Shown: in pieces, positions 37,622 to 46,572 of the stretch
Layout: the number at the start of each line of letters is the position of its first letter
Position numbering within the stretch: the stretch's first letter is position 1
Assembly: GCA_965223705.1 (NCBI GenBank)
Contig: OZ245015.1
Location: forward strand, 928,001-992,000
Reading direction: 5' to 3'
Length of the DNA stretch: 64,000 nucleotides
Source of the DNA: Myxococcota bacterium
GTDB lineage: Bacteria > Myxococcota_A > UBA9160 > UBA6930
The notes under the pieces: model-generated
What the model was told of the DNA's origin: nothing
Database searches by the model: none
The model's input: the letters and a program-made list of their open reading frames with translations, nothing else
Position numbers and translations under genes: made by a program

Positions 37622-38424
37622 GGCTTCGGTCGCCCCGAGCGCAGGAACTCTTCGACGGCGATCCCGAGTCCATCCTCGGTGTTCGGAGGCGCCACCGCAT
37701 CGGCGGCGCGTTTCACCGGCTCTTCTGCTTGGCCCATGGCGTAGGAAAAGCCCGCGACCTCGAACATCTCGATGTCGTTCTCGGCGTCGCCGAAAGCGAT
37801 GATCTCGCTCGGAGCGAGGTCCAGCGCATCGCAGGCGCGGGCCAGCGCGGCGCCCTTGTGGACCTCCTTGGCCGTCAAGGTGAGCACGATTTTCTGTCGA
37901 CTCGAAATCGATGCCGCGAACCGGACCTCGTTCTGCCAACGGTCCTGAAGATCGCCCAGGATCGCGTCGCAGACTTGGCTTCCCTGAACCAGCGCCATGC
38001 GGGGGAGATCCGAGGCGGCGTCGCGCAACGAGGGAACCTGGCGCACCCCGGGCGGAAGATCCGGAACGGTTCCGTCCCCTTTCATCAAGACCTCGCTACC
38101 GAAGGGAATCCACGCGAGGCAGCGCACGGAGTCGCACAGCTCGAAGAGCTCGTTCGCGAAATCGCTTGGCAGCCGCAGATCGAGGAGATCCTGATCGGCC
38201 CGGATCATGCGCACTTCCGCACCCTGGCACGCGACGAGCGGGCCGTCGAGCTCCAGGGATTCGGCAATCGGCAGCGCCAGGCGATACCAGCGAGCAGTGG
38301 CGAGGATGACCTCGAGGCCTCGACTCCGGGCCTCGAGCAACGCTCGCCGATTTCTCGCGCTCATTTTCCCGTCGGGGCCCAGTAGGGTCCCGTCGAGGTC
38401 TGTCGCGATCGCTTTGAATTCCAT
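37618..38424 (-). CDS. Cof-like HAD-IIB hydrolase (phosphatase)
   Basis: DLDGTLL, ATAR, KG, FGDAENDIEM. Confidence 0.92.
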   Translation of the reverse strand: MEFKAIATDLDGTLLGPDGKMSARNRRALLEARSRGLEVILATARWYRLALPIAESLELDGPLVACQGAEVRMIRADQDLLDLRLPSDFANELFELCDSVRCLAWIPFGSEVLMKGDGTVPDLPPGVRQVPSLRDAASDLPRMALVQGSQVCDAILGDLQDRWQNEVRFAASISSRQKIVLTLTAKEVHKGAALARACDALDLAPSEIIAFGDAENDIEMFEVAGFSYAMGQAEEPVKRAADAVAPPNTEDGLGIAVEEFLRSGRPKP

Positions 38425-38459
38425 TCTCGCGTTGGCGGCGGGGTCGCGCGACCGCCCTC

Positions 38460-38813
38460 TCAGTCGGACTTCGCGGGTTGCAAGCTGGTCAGCGCCCGGG
38501 TGTAGGCGCGCAACGGCTCGTGCATCAGGTCGAGCCAACTCTCCATCAGCGCGGCACTCGCACCGTTCAAGCTCCGCAACCGGTGGCTCGCACCTTCCGG
38601 AGACTGATCGAACATCGACGAAGCGAAGCCCACTTTTTCGAGCTCGCGGACGGTCTTGTACACGGAGCCGGCCGCTTCGCTTCTCTCGGTGTCTTCGATC
38701 TGGAGGAAGGCCTTCGCAAGTTCTGTTTGATAGACGGCGGTGGCCTTCGATAGGGCCAGGAGGTGAGCCGCCATGAGATCCGCGATCGTTCGGTCGCCGC
38801 TCGGGTCAGTCAT
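38460..38813 (-). CDS. Hypothetical helical protein (possible granule-associated protein)
   Basis: ATGA overlap with upstream hydrolase, AAGGAG RBS, helical composition. Confidence 0.6.
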   Translation of the reverse strand: MTDPSGDRTIADLMAAHLLALSKATAVYQTELAKAFLQIEDTERSEAAGSVYKTVRELEKVGFASSMFDQSPEGASHRLRSLNGASAALMESWLDLMHEPLRAYTRALTSLQPAKSD

Positions 38814-39622
38814 ATCGTCGCTCCTTCGTTCAATCGTCTCGCGATGATCTGATAGACCTCGCCATGGAACGCCATGCCGACGTGTGTGCAATCGACGGCG
38901 TCATTCATCTCCGGGTCTTCCGAGAGGCAACTTTCCCAATGCGCCACCCCGTCCTTCGGGGAGTAGATCGCAAACTGCGGGACGTCCCTCGGCTCCGGGT
39001 CGAGAATGTTCTCGACGAACGTACACAGGCAGTGACCGGTGGCGCAGGACGGCCGCAAGTTGCGCCCGACCAGTTTGCCCTTGGCCTCTTTGATTCGCTC
39101 CCATAGCCCGACTACCGCCGGATGCGCCCTCACCAGGTCTCGAAAAGGCGATCCCAGCGTGATCACGCGGTCGATGTCGTCGGGGATCCGCTGAACCAGG
39201 CTGCGCGCGAGCATGCCCCCCAGGCTGTGCCCCACAATGCGAACCCGTGCGCCGGTCTCCGCGCGGATCGTTTGCACCCGACCGGCGAGATATCGGGCGG
39301 TTTCGTCGGGGCAGTCGACGTTGAACGAGACGCGGGAGAAGTGCGGGCGGTAACCGATCCTGCGGAGCCATCGGTGCATGTCGATCATCATCGCGTCGTT
39401 CGACAGAAACCCCGGGATGAGGAGCACCGGCTCGCCGCCGCCATGGGGAACCGTCAGCCCGTAGTAAGCGGGGTGGAAGCGCAGTTGGAGCCACTCGAGC
39501 GGCCACAGCACCTCGCGCCAGATCGGCGTCTTGACGTGTTCGATCGACTCATCGAACTCGAAGGGATTTCCGAGACGGGTCGACGTCTGGGAATCCCGGG
39601 CGAATTCGATCGCGGATGCCAC
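38810..39622 (-). CDS. Alpha/beta hydrolase (GHSLG), paralog B
   Basis: Highly similar to 32650..33453 throughout (PIWREVLWP, VGHSLGG, CATGHCLC, HVGMAFH). Confidence 0.88.
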   Translation of the reverse strand: MASAIEFARDSQTSTRLGNPFEFDESIEHVKTPIWREVLWPLEWLQLRFHPAYYGLTVPHGGGEPVLLIPGFLSNDAMMIDMHRWLRRIGYRPHFSRVSFNVDCPDETARYLAGRVQTIRAETGARVRIVGHSLGGMLARSLVQRIPDDIDRVITLGSPFRDLVRAHPAVVGLWERIKEAKGKLVGRNLRPSCATGHCLCTFVENILDPEPRDVPQFAIYSPKDGVAHWESCLSEDPEMNDAVDCTHVGMAFHGEVYQIIARRLNEGATI

Positions 39623-39627
39623 GTGCT

Positions 39628-40128
39628 CTACCGCGCGCTAGCTGCGTTGAGAGGCCAGGCTCTTCTGCCAGGCTTCGGCGATCGGGTTCGCGTCGGCCCG
39701 CCAGTTGCCGAACTGAATCGGGTTCGCGTCGACCAGTTGCCGAACTGCAGCGTGACCTCGGCGGCTTCTCGAGACCGCTCGAACATGGTGGCCAGGGACT
39801 CACCCGCGAGCTTGGCGGCTTGCATCTGCTCGTCGTAGAGGTTCTGCGCGAACTCGAGCGTTCGTGTTTGGGCCTCGATGGCAGCTTCCAAGACAAGGCT
39901 CGAGTTGGCGGAGTAGTCGTTCGGCTGGCTGGCGATCTTCTTGGTCAGCTCGAGCGCCTCGCGTTGATCTCGTTGAACCTGTCCGGCGACGAGCTCATTC
40001 GCCTTGATGCCGTGCTTCCGGACACCTGCGAGGGTCTTACTGAGTAGGTTTTGGTTCTCGAGAGCGAAATCGAGGAGCTGGATCATCGGTGAGGTTTCGG
40101 GTTTCTTGCGCTTCTTTGTCTTGGCCAC
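39628..40128 (-). CDS. Phasin-like protein, paralog B, C-terminus frameshifted by tandem duplication
   Basis: Shares QREALELTK..A..PN.YS.NS..VLEAAIE.Q.R.L.FA with paralog A; homologous tail NPIAEAWQKSLASQRS* lies in another frame ending 39638. Confidence 0.7.
   Translation of the reverse strand: MAKTKKRKKPETSPMIQLLDFALENQNLLSKTLAGVRKHGIKANELVAGQVQRDQREALELTKKIASQPNDYSANSSLVLEAAIEAQTRTLEFAQNLYDEQMQAAKLAGESLATMFERSREAAEVTLQFGNWSTRTRFSSATGGPTRTRSPKPGRRAWPLNAASAR
39681..39747. repeat. Imperfect tandem duplication (36 bp + 32 bp units)
   Basis: atcgggttcgcgtcg[gcccg/a]ccagttgccgaactg repeated twice. Confidence 0.9.
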
Positions 40129-40153
40129 GATCAGCCCTCCTTGGTTTCGTCTG

Positions 40154-40190
40154 CTTGACAGATATATCCTTTTCGCATATACCTGTCAAG
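40154..40190. promoter_or_regulatory. Palindromic operator with back-to-back sigma-70 promoters (putative PhaQ site 2)
   Basis: CTTGACAGATATAT-N9-ATATACCTGTCAAG; TTGACA-17-TATACC on plus, TTGACA-17-TATATC on minus. Confidence 0.85.
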
Positions 40191-40230
40191 TCTTCGTTAT
40201 GCGCAACCCACAGATAAGTGATCCCGACGC

Positions 40231-40614
40231 ATGCCTACGAACTCCGCGGAAACCAAGCAAAACCCGGCCGGGGATATGTTGACCGCAAACCTCCTGGCTC
40301 TCCTCAACGGCTGGCAGGCCTGCGGTTACGACCTGATCAAGCGTCTCAGCGAGGCGGGCATGGGGCAGTACAACTCGGGCACCATCTACAGGGCTCTCCG
40401 GCAGATGGAAAAGCTGGGGTTGGTCTCTTCGATGTGGGATACCAGTGCGGAAGGGCCCGCAAAGCGGCTCTACAGTGTCACCCAAGTCGGGTTGCTCTTC
40501 TTGGAGAACTGGCTCGTGATCGTCCAGAGCCACCGGCGAGCTATCGAGATGTGGATGAACTTCGGTCGCGCAGCGGCCGGGGAGTCCGACGCAACAGAAG
40601 GGAAGTCACGATGA
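40231..40614 (+). CDS. phaQ: PadR-family regulator, PhaQ-like (PHB-responsive repressor)
   Basis: GYDLI, GTIYRALRQMEK.GLVSS.WDTS.EGPA+R.YS.T closely recalls Bacillus megaterium PhaQ. Confidence 0.8.
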   Translation: MPTNSAETKQNPAGDMLTANLLALLNGWQACGYDLIKRLSEAGMGQYNSGTIYRALRQMEKLGLVSSMWDTSAEGPAKRLYSVTQVGLLFLENWLVIVQSHRRAIEMWMNFGRAAAGESDATEGKSR

Positions 40615-40988
40615 GCGACAACGAACCGAAAACGGTCGACCCCTTCCGCGCCTGGCGGGAATGGTTCCAGGAGAACGAGCAACGCTGGAGTCAATCGATG
40701 ACCGATGTCATGGGTGACGAGCGTTTCGCCAAAGGGCTCGGGAAATATTTCCAGGAGGCTCTGCACGTCCACCGGATGTTCACCGATTCGATGGCACAGT
40801 ATCTGGGCAACATGAACCTGCCGTCGCGATCGGACATCCTCGACATCGGCGATCGCGTGGGGCGGCTCGAAGATTCGATCGCGGCATTGCAGGCCGAAGT
40901 CCGGAACTTGCGCGCGGCTTCGAACCCCACGACGGCGACCGTACGCCCCAAACGAACCAAACGCCCGCCGGCACCCGACGAGTCTTAG
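40611..40988 (+). CDS. PHA synthase small subunit, PhaR (class IV)/PhaE-like
   Basis: DPFRAW+EW...W...M..E.F...Y L..MNLPSRSD+...+.RLED coiled coil, recalling Bacillus PhaR; ATGA overlap with phaQ-like gene. Confidence 0.7.
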   Translation: MSDNEPKTVDPFRAWREWFQENEQRWSQSMTDVMGDERFAKGLGKYFQEALHVHRMFTDSMAQYLGNMNLPSRSDILDIGDRVGRLEDSIAALQAEVRNLRAASNPTTATVRPKRTKRPPAPDES

Positions 40989-40995
40989 GGTCGAC

Positions 40996-41877
40996 GTGGC
41001 GCGCGTTCAGGCAAACGGCATCGAGATCGAATACGAGCACTTCGGCGACGGGGAAGAGACGCTCGTTCTCATTATGGGGCTCGGAGCCCAGATGATTCTC
41101 TGGGACGACGCGTTCTGCGAGGGGCTTGCGGACCGGGGCCTGCGCGTGGTCCGGTTCGACAACCGCGACGTCGGTCTGTCCTCCCACTTTCCCGAACTCG
41201 GCGTACCCAATGTCGTCCAGATGTTTTCCGACCTGGCCGAAGGCAAACCGCTTGTGTCGCCCTATAGCCTCGATGACATGGCCGACGACGTACTGGGGCT
41301 GCTCACCGCACTGGAAATCCCGAAGGCGCATCTGTGCGGTGCCTCCATGGGAGGGATGATCGCCCAGACCTGTGCCTACAAGCATCCCGAGCGGTTGAAG
41401 AGCCTCACGTCGATCATGTCCAGCACGGGGGATCCGAAGCTTCCGCAAGGCAAACCCGAGGCGATGAGCCTCTTGTTTCAAACGCCCCCGTCCGATCGCG
41501 ATGGCTACATCGACTACGCGACCAACGTCTGGAAAGCGATCGCAGGCCCCGGTTTCGAGTTCGAGGAAGATCGCGTCCGGAAACGGTCGGAGCGCCACTA
41601 CGACCGAAGCTTCGATCCGGGCGGGGTGGGGCGCCAGCTGGCGGCGGCCGTCGCCCACGGCGACCGAACGCCTCGACTCGCGGACGTGCAAGCTCCGACC
41701 CTCGTCATCCACGGTGACGCCGATCCACTGGTTCCGCTCGAGTGCGGAACCGCGACCCACGCGGCCATTCCCTCCGCGGAGTTACTGGTCATCGAGGGGA
41801 TGGGGCACGACCTCCCGCGAGGTGCCTGGCCTCGCCTCATCGACGCGATCGTGACGCACGTCGAGCGGGCCGCTTAG
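40996..41877 (+). CDS. Alpha/beta fold hydrolase
   Basis: LIMGLG, RFDNRDVGLS, GASMGGMIAQ, HGDADPL, GMGHDLP. Confidence 0.9.
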   Translation: MARVQANGIEIEYEHFGDGEETLVLIMGLGAQMILWDDAFCEGLADRGLRVVRFDNRDVGLSSHFPELGVPNVVQMFSDLAEGKPLVSPYSLDDMADDVLGLLTALEIPKAHLCGASMGGMIAQTCAYKHPERLKSLTSIMSSTGDPKLPQGKPEAMSLLFQTPPSDRDGYIDYATNVWKAIAGPGFEFEEDRVRKRSERHYDRSFDPGGVGRQLAAAVAHGDRTPRLADVQAPTLVIHGDADPLVPLECGTATHAAIPSAELLVIEGMGHDLPRGAWPRLIDAIVTHVERAA

Positions 41878-41904
41878 CGGCCTCGAACACTCTCGGACAA
41901 GGGA

Positions 41905-42633
41905 TCAAGAGCTGGTCGCGAGCACGCCCGCCAGCGCCCGGTAGACGTCGCGGTTGTAGACGAGTCCGCTGTGACTCCCGCTCACTTCGATGTGTCGAGC
42001 GCCCGGGATCAAACTTGCGCGCGGAGGCACGATCCCATCCTCGCGGCTGAAAATAGAGACCACCTGAGTTGTCGGGTGCAAGGGCCGGCGCAGGTCGCGC
42101 ATGAAGGCGCAATCGCAGGCGGGAAAGTCACACGCCGGGTCGAGCACCTTTCGGGCGAACTGACCCGCTTCGGCGACCGGGTGACTGCGTCGAGCGCTGG
42201 CCACATGAGGCGCGCCTCGGTGGAGCAGGGCGCCGAGCGGTGAGCCCAACAGCAGCAGATGAGACGCGCGCCCCTGGAGCCGAGCGGCCAGGGCCTTCGC
42301 GAGGATCCCTCCGCGGCTGTGGCCCACCAGGGCGACGGGACCGTCAGAACGCTGCAGAGCCGCCCACGGCCGCCGACTGACACGATCCAGGCAGCCCGCA
42401 TTGAAGGTCATCGCCGACGTGATGGGTCGGTAGCCGACACGCCGCAACCAACTGCGGAGCGGCCGCAGATAGAAATCGCCGCCGAAGAGCCCTGGGAGCA
42501 CACAAACCGAGCGTCCGTCGCCCGGCGGCACGCCCCGCCCTTGGAGGATTGGGTCCGCCAGGAGCTCCGCCCACTCGGTCATCGCTCGCCACTCGCCCAC
42601 CCGATACTGTTCCTCCGGCACGATGCATACCAC
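41905..42633 (-). CDS. Alpha/beta hydrolase (GHSRG), distant paralog C; start approximate
   Basis: PPGDG..V.VLPG, VGHSRGG, LLGSP, CDFPACDC, DGIV, HSGL. Confidence 0.85.
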   Translation of the reverse strand: MVCIVPEEQYRVGEWRAMTEWAELLADPILQGRGVPPGDGRSVCVLPGLFGGDFYLRPLRSWLRRVGYRPITSAMTFNAGCLDRVSRRPWAALQRSDGPVALVGHSRGGILAKALAARLQGRASHLLLLGSPLGALLHRGAPHVASARRSHPVAEAGQFARKVLDPACDFPACDCAFMRDLRRPLHPTTQVVSIFSREDGIVPPRASLIPGARHIEVSGSHSGLVYNRDVYRALAGVLATSS

Positions 42634-42659
42634 GGGCCGAGCGAGGAAGGCAGGACAGG

Positions 42660-42893
42660 ATGAAAGTACGCATCAATGTAGAGCTCACCCCGGAGGAGGC
42701 TCGGGCCTTCTTCGGCTTACCCGACGTGGCTTCCTTTCAAAAGGAACTCCTTGAGAGGATCCGAGATCAAATGCTCGCAGGCGCAGAAGGATTCGATCCG
42801 GTTTCGTTGATGAAGCCATTCTTCGACACAAACCTGCAGGCCATGGAAATGATGCGGGCGGCCTTTTCGGGCGAGACCGAGCGGGACTCGTAA
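42660..42893 (+). CDS. DUF6489-like small protein
   Basis: MKVRINVELTPEEARAFFGLPDV. Confidence 0.8.
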   Translation: MKVRINVELTPEEARAFFGLPDVASFQKELLERIRDQMLAGAEGFDPVSLMKPFFDTNLQAMEMMRAAFSGETERDS

Positions 42894-42917
42894 CGCGCAC
42901 GCTACAGGAGGTCGCCC

Positions 42918-43388
42918 ATGTCCGCTGAATCGTTTCTGTCTTCAGTCGTTGAGATCGGAATCGGGCTGGCGGGATTCGCGGGCATCATCGCCGCCGTGCG
43001 GCAGCGCGACCCGGCCTCATGGGACCCCCATCACCGAGTTCTCTTGCAGATGCTGTTCACCGCGTCGGCAGCCGCCATTGTGTTCTCACTAGCGCCTTCA
43101 GTTCTCCTAGAGAGCGGAATCGACGAGCAAACGATGTGGCGCGTCGGGAGCATTTCGCTCACGGTGTGGTTCGTCGTAGCACCCGCCTACCGTCTGTATC
43201 AAACTCGGCATCCCGGCGTCAGCTTCTCGATTGCACGATCCGTCATGGTTCTCGTAGTGCCCCTCATCGGGCTGCAGGTAGCGAACTACGTCCTCTGTGA
43301 GGCGTGGCCGTACATGTTGGGCGTCGGGGGAATCCTCGTTAACGGATTCGCAACGTTCTTGGACCTTCTCTTCAGATCTTCGGAGTGA
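42918..43388 (+). CDS. Hypothetical integral membrane protein
   Basis: AGGAGG RBS; EIGIGLAGFAGII motif, about 5 TMs; visibly lower GC. Confidence 0.75.
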   Translation: MSAESFLSSVVEIGIGLAGFAGIIAAVRQRDPASWDPHHRVLLQMLFTASAAAIVFSLAPSVLLESGIDEQTMWRVGSISLTVWFVVAPAYRLYQTRHPGVSFSIARSVMVLVVPLIGLQVANYVLCEAWPYMLGVGGILVNGFATFLDLLFRSSE

Positions 43389-43430
43389 TCGAAAAGAACG
43401 GAGTCGCCGTGCACGTCTCGGCTGTCGCGA
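43381..43430 (+). repeat. Orphan copy of the 3' end of the cupin gene (57502-57551)
   Basis: 40 of 50 nt identical by manual alignment. Confidence 0.7.
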
Positions 43431-43448
43431 CGAGCGGGCCCGACGGGT

Positions 43449-45512
43449 TCAGAAGACGTAGCGAACCCAGCCTCGGAAGTTCCGCGGGTTGCCCGGTGTG
43501 AAGTGGAAGTCGCCAATGCCCGCGCCGCCCCCGGCCGGCGCACAGGCCGCCACGACGCCAACCTCGCTCGGCGCGCATGACTCGAAGAAAAACTCCGAGC
43601 TGCGCCACTTCCTGTCCGTCAAGTTCTCGAGCGCGAATCCGACTTCGAACGGGCCGTGGCGGTACCGCGCGCCGAGATCGAACACCGTGTAGCTCGAGAG
43701 CTTGGGATTGCCGAAGTCCTCGCTCGCGTAGCGATCGCCGAGAGAACGCACCCCGAGCTCGGCGAAGAACCCCCCCTTGCGCACGCCCAGGGCCCCCTTG
43801 GCGATGAAGCGCGGCGCTTGAGGCACGGGGTCGTCGCCCGACGTAAAGCGCGCCGACGTGTAGGCCAGGTCGCCGCGCAGGTAGAGCCAGTCCGTGAGAA
43901 CGACGTGAGTCGCGAACTCGACCCCCAGCCGACGAGACCGGCCACCCGACTCGGTCGTACCCTCGTCGCCCACGAAGACGAGCTCGTCTTCGATTTCGAG
44001 CCAGAAGGTGCTGAGCGAGAACGTCACCCAGTCGAACAAGCGTGTGCGCACGCCGATCTCGGCGCCGGGTGCCCGCGCCAGAATGCGCTCGTCATCGACA
44101 CCCGAGCGAGCATCGTTCGAGTGGAAACCGATTCCGAAGTTCAGAAAGAGTTCGAGATCGCGCAGGGCGGCGAGCTCGCTCGCGAGCGGCGCATCCTCGG
44201 CAAAGGGAGACAGGATCAGGTTGGCCTTCGGCAACCAGATGCGATCGACACCGCTCCCATCCAGCGCGCCGGGGATCCGGCTGTCGACATCGAAGGAAAA
44301 GCTCTCGAAGCGCACGCCGCCCAGGAAGCGAACCCAGCCGAGGGGAAAGAGCTCGATCTCGACATAGGGACCGAGCGACAGCTCCTCGACGTCGTCGTCG
44401 TTGGTGAGTCCGGCGACCTGGCGCCGGGTCTGATTCCCGAGACGCACGCGCGCGTCGTCGTAGCGCCACTCGAACCCGGCGCGCACGCCGCCGAACCACG
44501 GGAGCTCGGGGAACTGGAGGTATTCGACGCGGCCCCCCGTGTAGATCCGGTCGTCACGCTGGATGATCCCATCGCCAGTCGCGGGATCGCCGAGCGCGTA
44601 GGTGAAGTTCGAGTAGAGGTCGAGGTCGTAGTGGGCGACGTAGGCGTTGACGAGGACGCGGCTGCTCTCGGAGGGCTCCCAGTCGAGCTGCAGCTTGCCC
44701 TGGATGCGCGAGGTGTCGCCGCCTTCCGTGGGATCGAGCGAACCGAAGCGGTTGAGTCGGCCCGAGTCGACGAGCCGCTCCGGGATGAGGCCCGACGCGT
44801 CCCAATCGGCCGTGTATCCGAGGACGTGACCGGAGAGCTTCAGCGTGGGGGAGAGCCGCACGTCCCCGCGCCCGAACAGCGAGAGACGTCGAAGGTTTTC
44901 GTCGCTCCGGAACGGACCGTCCGTGCCGTAGGCCTCGAACGAGAGCACACCGCTCGCGTCGGGGTCCGAACCTCCGAAGGCGCCGAAGCGCGGCGAGACG
45001 ACTCCGACCGCGCGGTAGGTGTTCCACTCGCCGATTTCGAACTGGACGAGCGACTCGTCGCGCCGCTGGAACGGCACATACTCGATCGTCCCCGCGGTTG
45101 CGAAGTCTCCGAAGCGCGCCGAGTAGGGCCCCTTTGCGACGTCGAGCTTCTCGATGGTCTCCTTGGTCACGAAGTGGAGGTCGAGGTAGCCCTGACCGTG
45201 GGCGTGGCTGCGTAGGTTGATGGGCACGCCGTCGAAGTAGACGGCGAGATCTGTGCCGTGATCGGCATCGAAGCCGCGCAGGAAGTACTGCTCGGCCTTG
45301 CCGCCCCCGGTGTGCTGCGCGGTGAGCGCGCCCGGCACGGCCTCGATCATCTGGCCCCCGCTCTCGAGGGGCCGGAGCTCGAAATCCTCTGCGGGGACCG
45401 CCATGGTGGAGCTCGCTGTAACGGGCCGTGGTTCCTGCGCAGCCGAGCTCCCGGCAACGGCGGCGAACCCGGTTGCAAGAAGGCGGATGAGAATGGACTT
45501 CCGAGGGCGCAT
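43449..45512 (-). CDS. TonB-dependent receptor
   Basis: Plug QH.GGGKAEQYFLRGFDADHGTD, HAHGQGY.DL; C-terminal HFTPGNPRNF...YVF; signal peptide. Confidence 0.93.
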   Translation of the reverse strand: MRPRKSILIRLLATGFAAVAGSSAAQEPRPVTASSTMAVPAEDFELRPLESGGQMIEAVPGALTAQHTGGGKAEQYFLRGFDADHGTDLAVYFDGVPINLRSHAHGQGYLDLHFVTKETIEKLDVAKGPYSARFGDFATAGTIEYVPFQRRDESLVQFEIGEWNTYRAVGVVSPRFGAFGGSDPDASGVLSFEAYGTDGPFRSDENLRRLSLFGRGDVRLSPTLKLSGHVLGYTADWDASGLIPERLVDSGRLNRFGSLDPTEGGDTSRIQGKLQLDWEPSESSRVLVNAYVAHYDLDLYSNFTYALGDPATGDGIIQRDDRIYTGGRVEYLQFPELPWFGGVRAGFEWRYDDARVRLGNQTRRQVAGLTNDDDVEELSLGPYVEIELFPLGWVRFLGGVRFESFSFDVDSRIPGALDGSGVDRIWLPKANLILSPFAEDAPLASELAALRDLELFLNFGIGFHSNDARSGVDDERILARAPGAEIGVRTRLFDWVTFSLSTFWLEIEDELVFVGDEGTTESGGRSRRLGVEFATHVVLTDWLYLRGDLAYTSARFTSGDDPVPQAPRFIAKGALGVRKGGFFAELGVRSLGDRYASEDFGNPKLSSYTVFDLGARYRHGPFEVGFALENLTDRKWRSSEFFFESCAPSEVGVVAACAPAGGGAGIGDFHFTPGNPRNFRGWVRYVF

Positions 45513-45576
45513 GGCAGGTGGGCACGTTAGGAACGCCCGCCAAGACCGACTATGGATCGGACTTCGTTGTCAGCGC

Positions 45577-46572
45577 CTATCCGAGCCGGAGGAGCCGCAG
45601 CAGCCAGTGCTCTGTCAGGTGGTGCAGCGGATCGGCTGCGAGTCCGAGGAACACGGGCACGCTTGAGGCTGTCGCCCACGCGACCCATGGCGACGACGGC
45701 TCGCGGCGCGGGTCGTCGAGCAGGCTCCGGACCCGCGCGGCGACGTGCGCTCCGCCGAAGGCGGGCAGGACATGGGGCGTGGCGGGCGACGCCGACCCCG
45801 CGAGTCGCTCGACGGCGAGGAGCGCCTCGGCGACACCGAGGCGCGACCCGGCGCGCTTCGCCGCGAGCTCGTCGCAGGTCTGCTCCGTGGCGAGCACCAG
45901 CTCCACCAGGATGCGGCGCCTCGTACTCGGCCACAGCGGCAGGGAGAGAAGCTCGGCCGCGGCGCGACGCAACGGATCGCGTCGCGCGAGATGTGCGCGC
46001 TCGTGCTCGAGCACGACATCGAGCTGTTGCCGGCTCAGTGCCCCTGACAGCGCGGAGGAAACCCAGATCTCGCGGCGCCGGAAACCCGCAGCGAAGGAGA
46101 ACGGGGTCATCGACGGCGCGATCGAGAAACTTCCGCTCGGGCCTTCGCCCGTCGACGCGCGCAGGGCGGACAAGAAACGGCGCGTGCGGAGAAGGGCTGT
46201 CCCGCCTCTCACGAAGACGAAGGCGAGGGCGGCCATTCCCAACCCGAGGGCCACGAGGAGCGGTGCGTGCAGCGCGCCAGTCCAGTGAACGAGACAGAGG
46301 TGAGGGTGCCCACCATGAGCCAGACAATGGTCCCCGTGCCAGCCCAGCAGTGCGGCCAGCCCTGGCGAGATGCACAGCAGCACCAGCAGCGTGGGCAGCG
46401 CGGACGGCGCGACCGCCGCGGCTAGAGCGATCCCCGCCCGCCGCTTCGGATGGAGTTTCGTGAGGCGCACGGATGCGGCGCGCCAACCGAGCATCACGGC
46501 AAGGGAGCTCAGCGTCGCGAACAGGAGCCACGCTGCCACGATGAGGCCGAGTGTGGCCAGCGCACTCGTCAC
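45577..46572 (-). CDS. M56 (BlaR1/MecR1-like) membrane metallopeptidase
   Basis: HERAH zincin motif, RRDP, E..CDE; TMs; His/Cys-rich loop; GTGA overlap with blaI-like gene. Confidence 0.88.
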   Translation of the reverse strand: MTSALATLGLIVAAWLLFATLSSLAVMLGWRAASVRLTKLHPKRRAGIALAAAVAPSALPTLLVLLCISPGLAALLGWHGDHCLAHGGHPHLCLVHWTGALHAPLLVALGLGMAALAFVFVRGGTALLRTRRFLSALRASTGEGPSGSFSIAPSMTPFSFAAGFRRREIWVSSALSGALSRQQLDVVLEHERAHLARRDPLRRAAAELLSLPLWPSTRRRILVELVLATEQTCDELAAKRAGSRLGVAEALLAVERLAGSASPATPHVLPAFGGAHVAARVRSLLDDPRREPSSPWVAWATASSVPVFLGLAADPLHHLTEHWLLRLLRLG

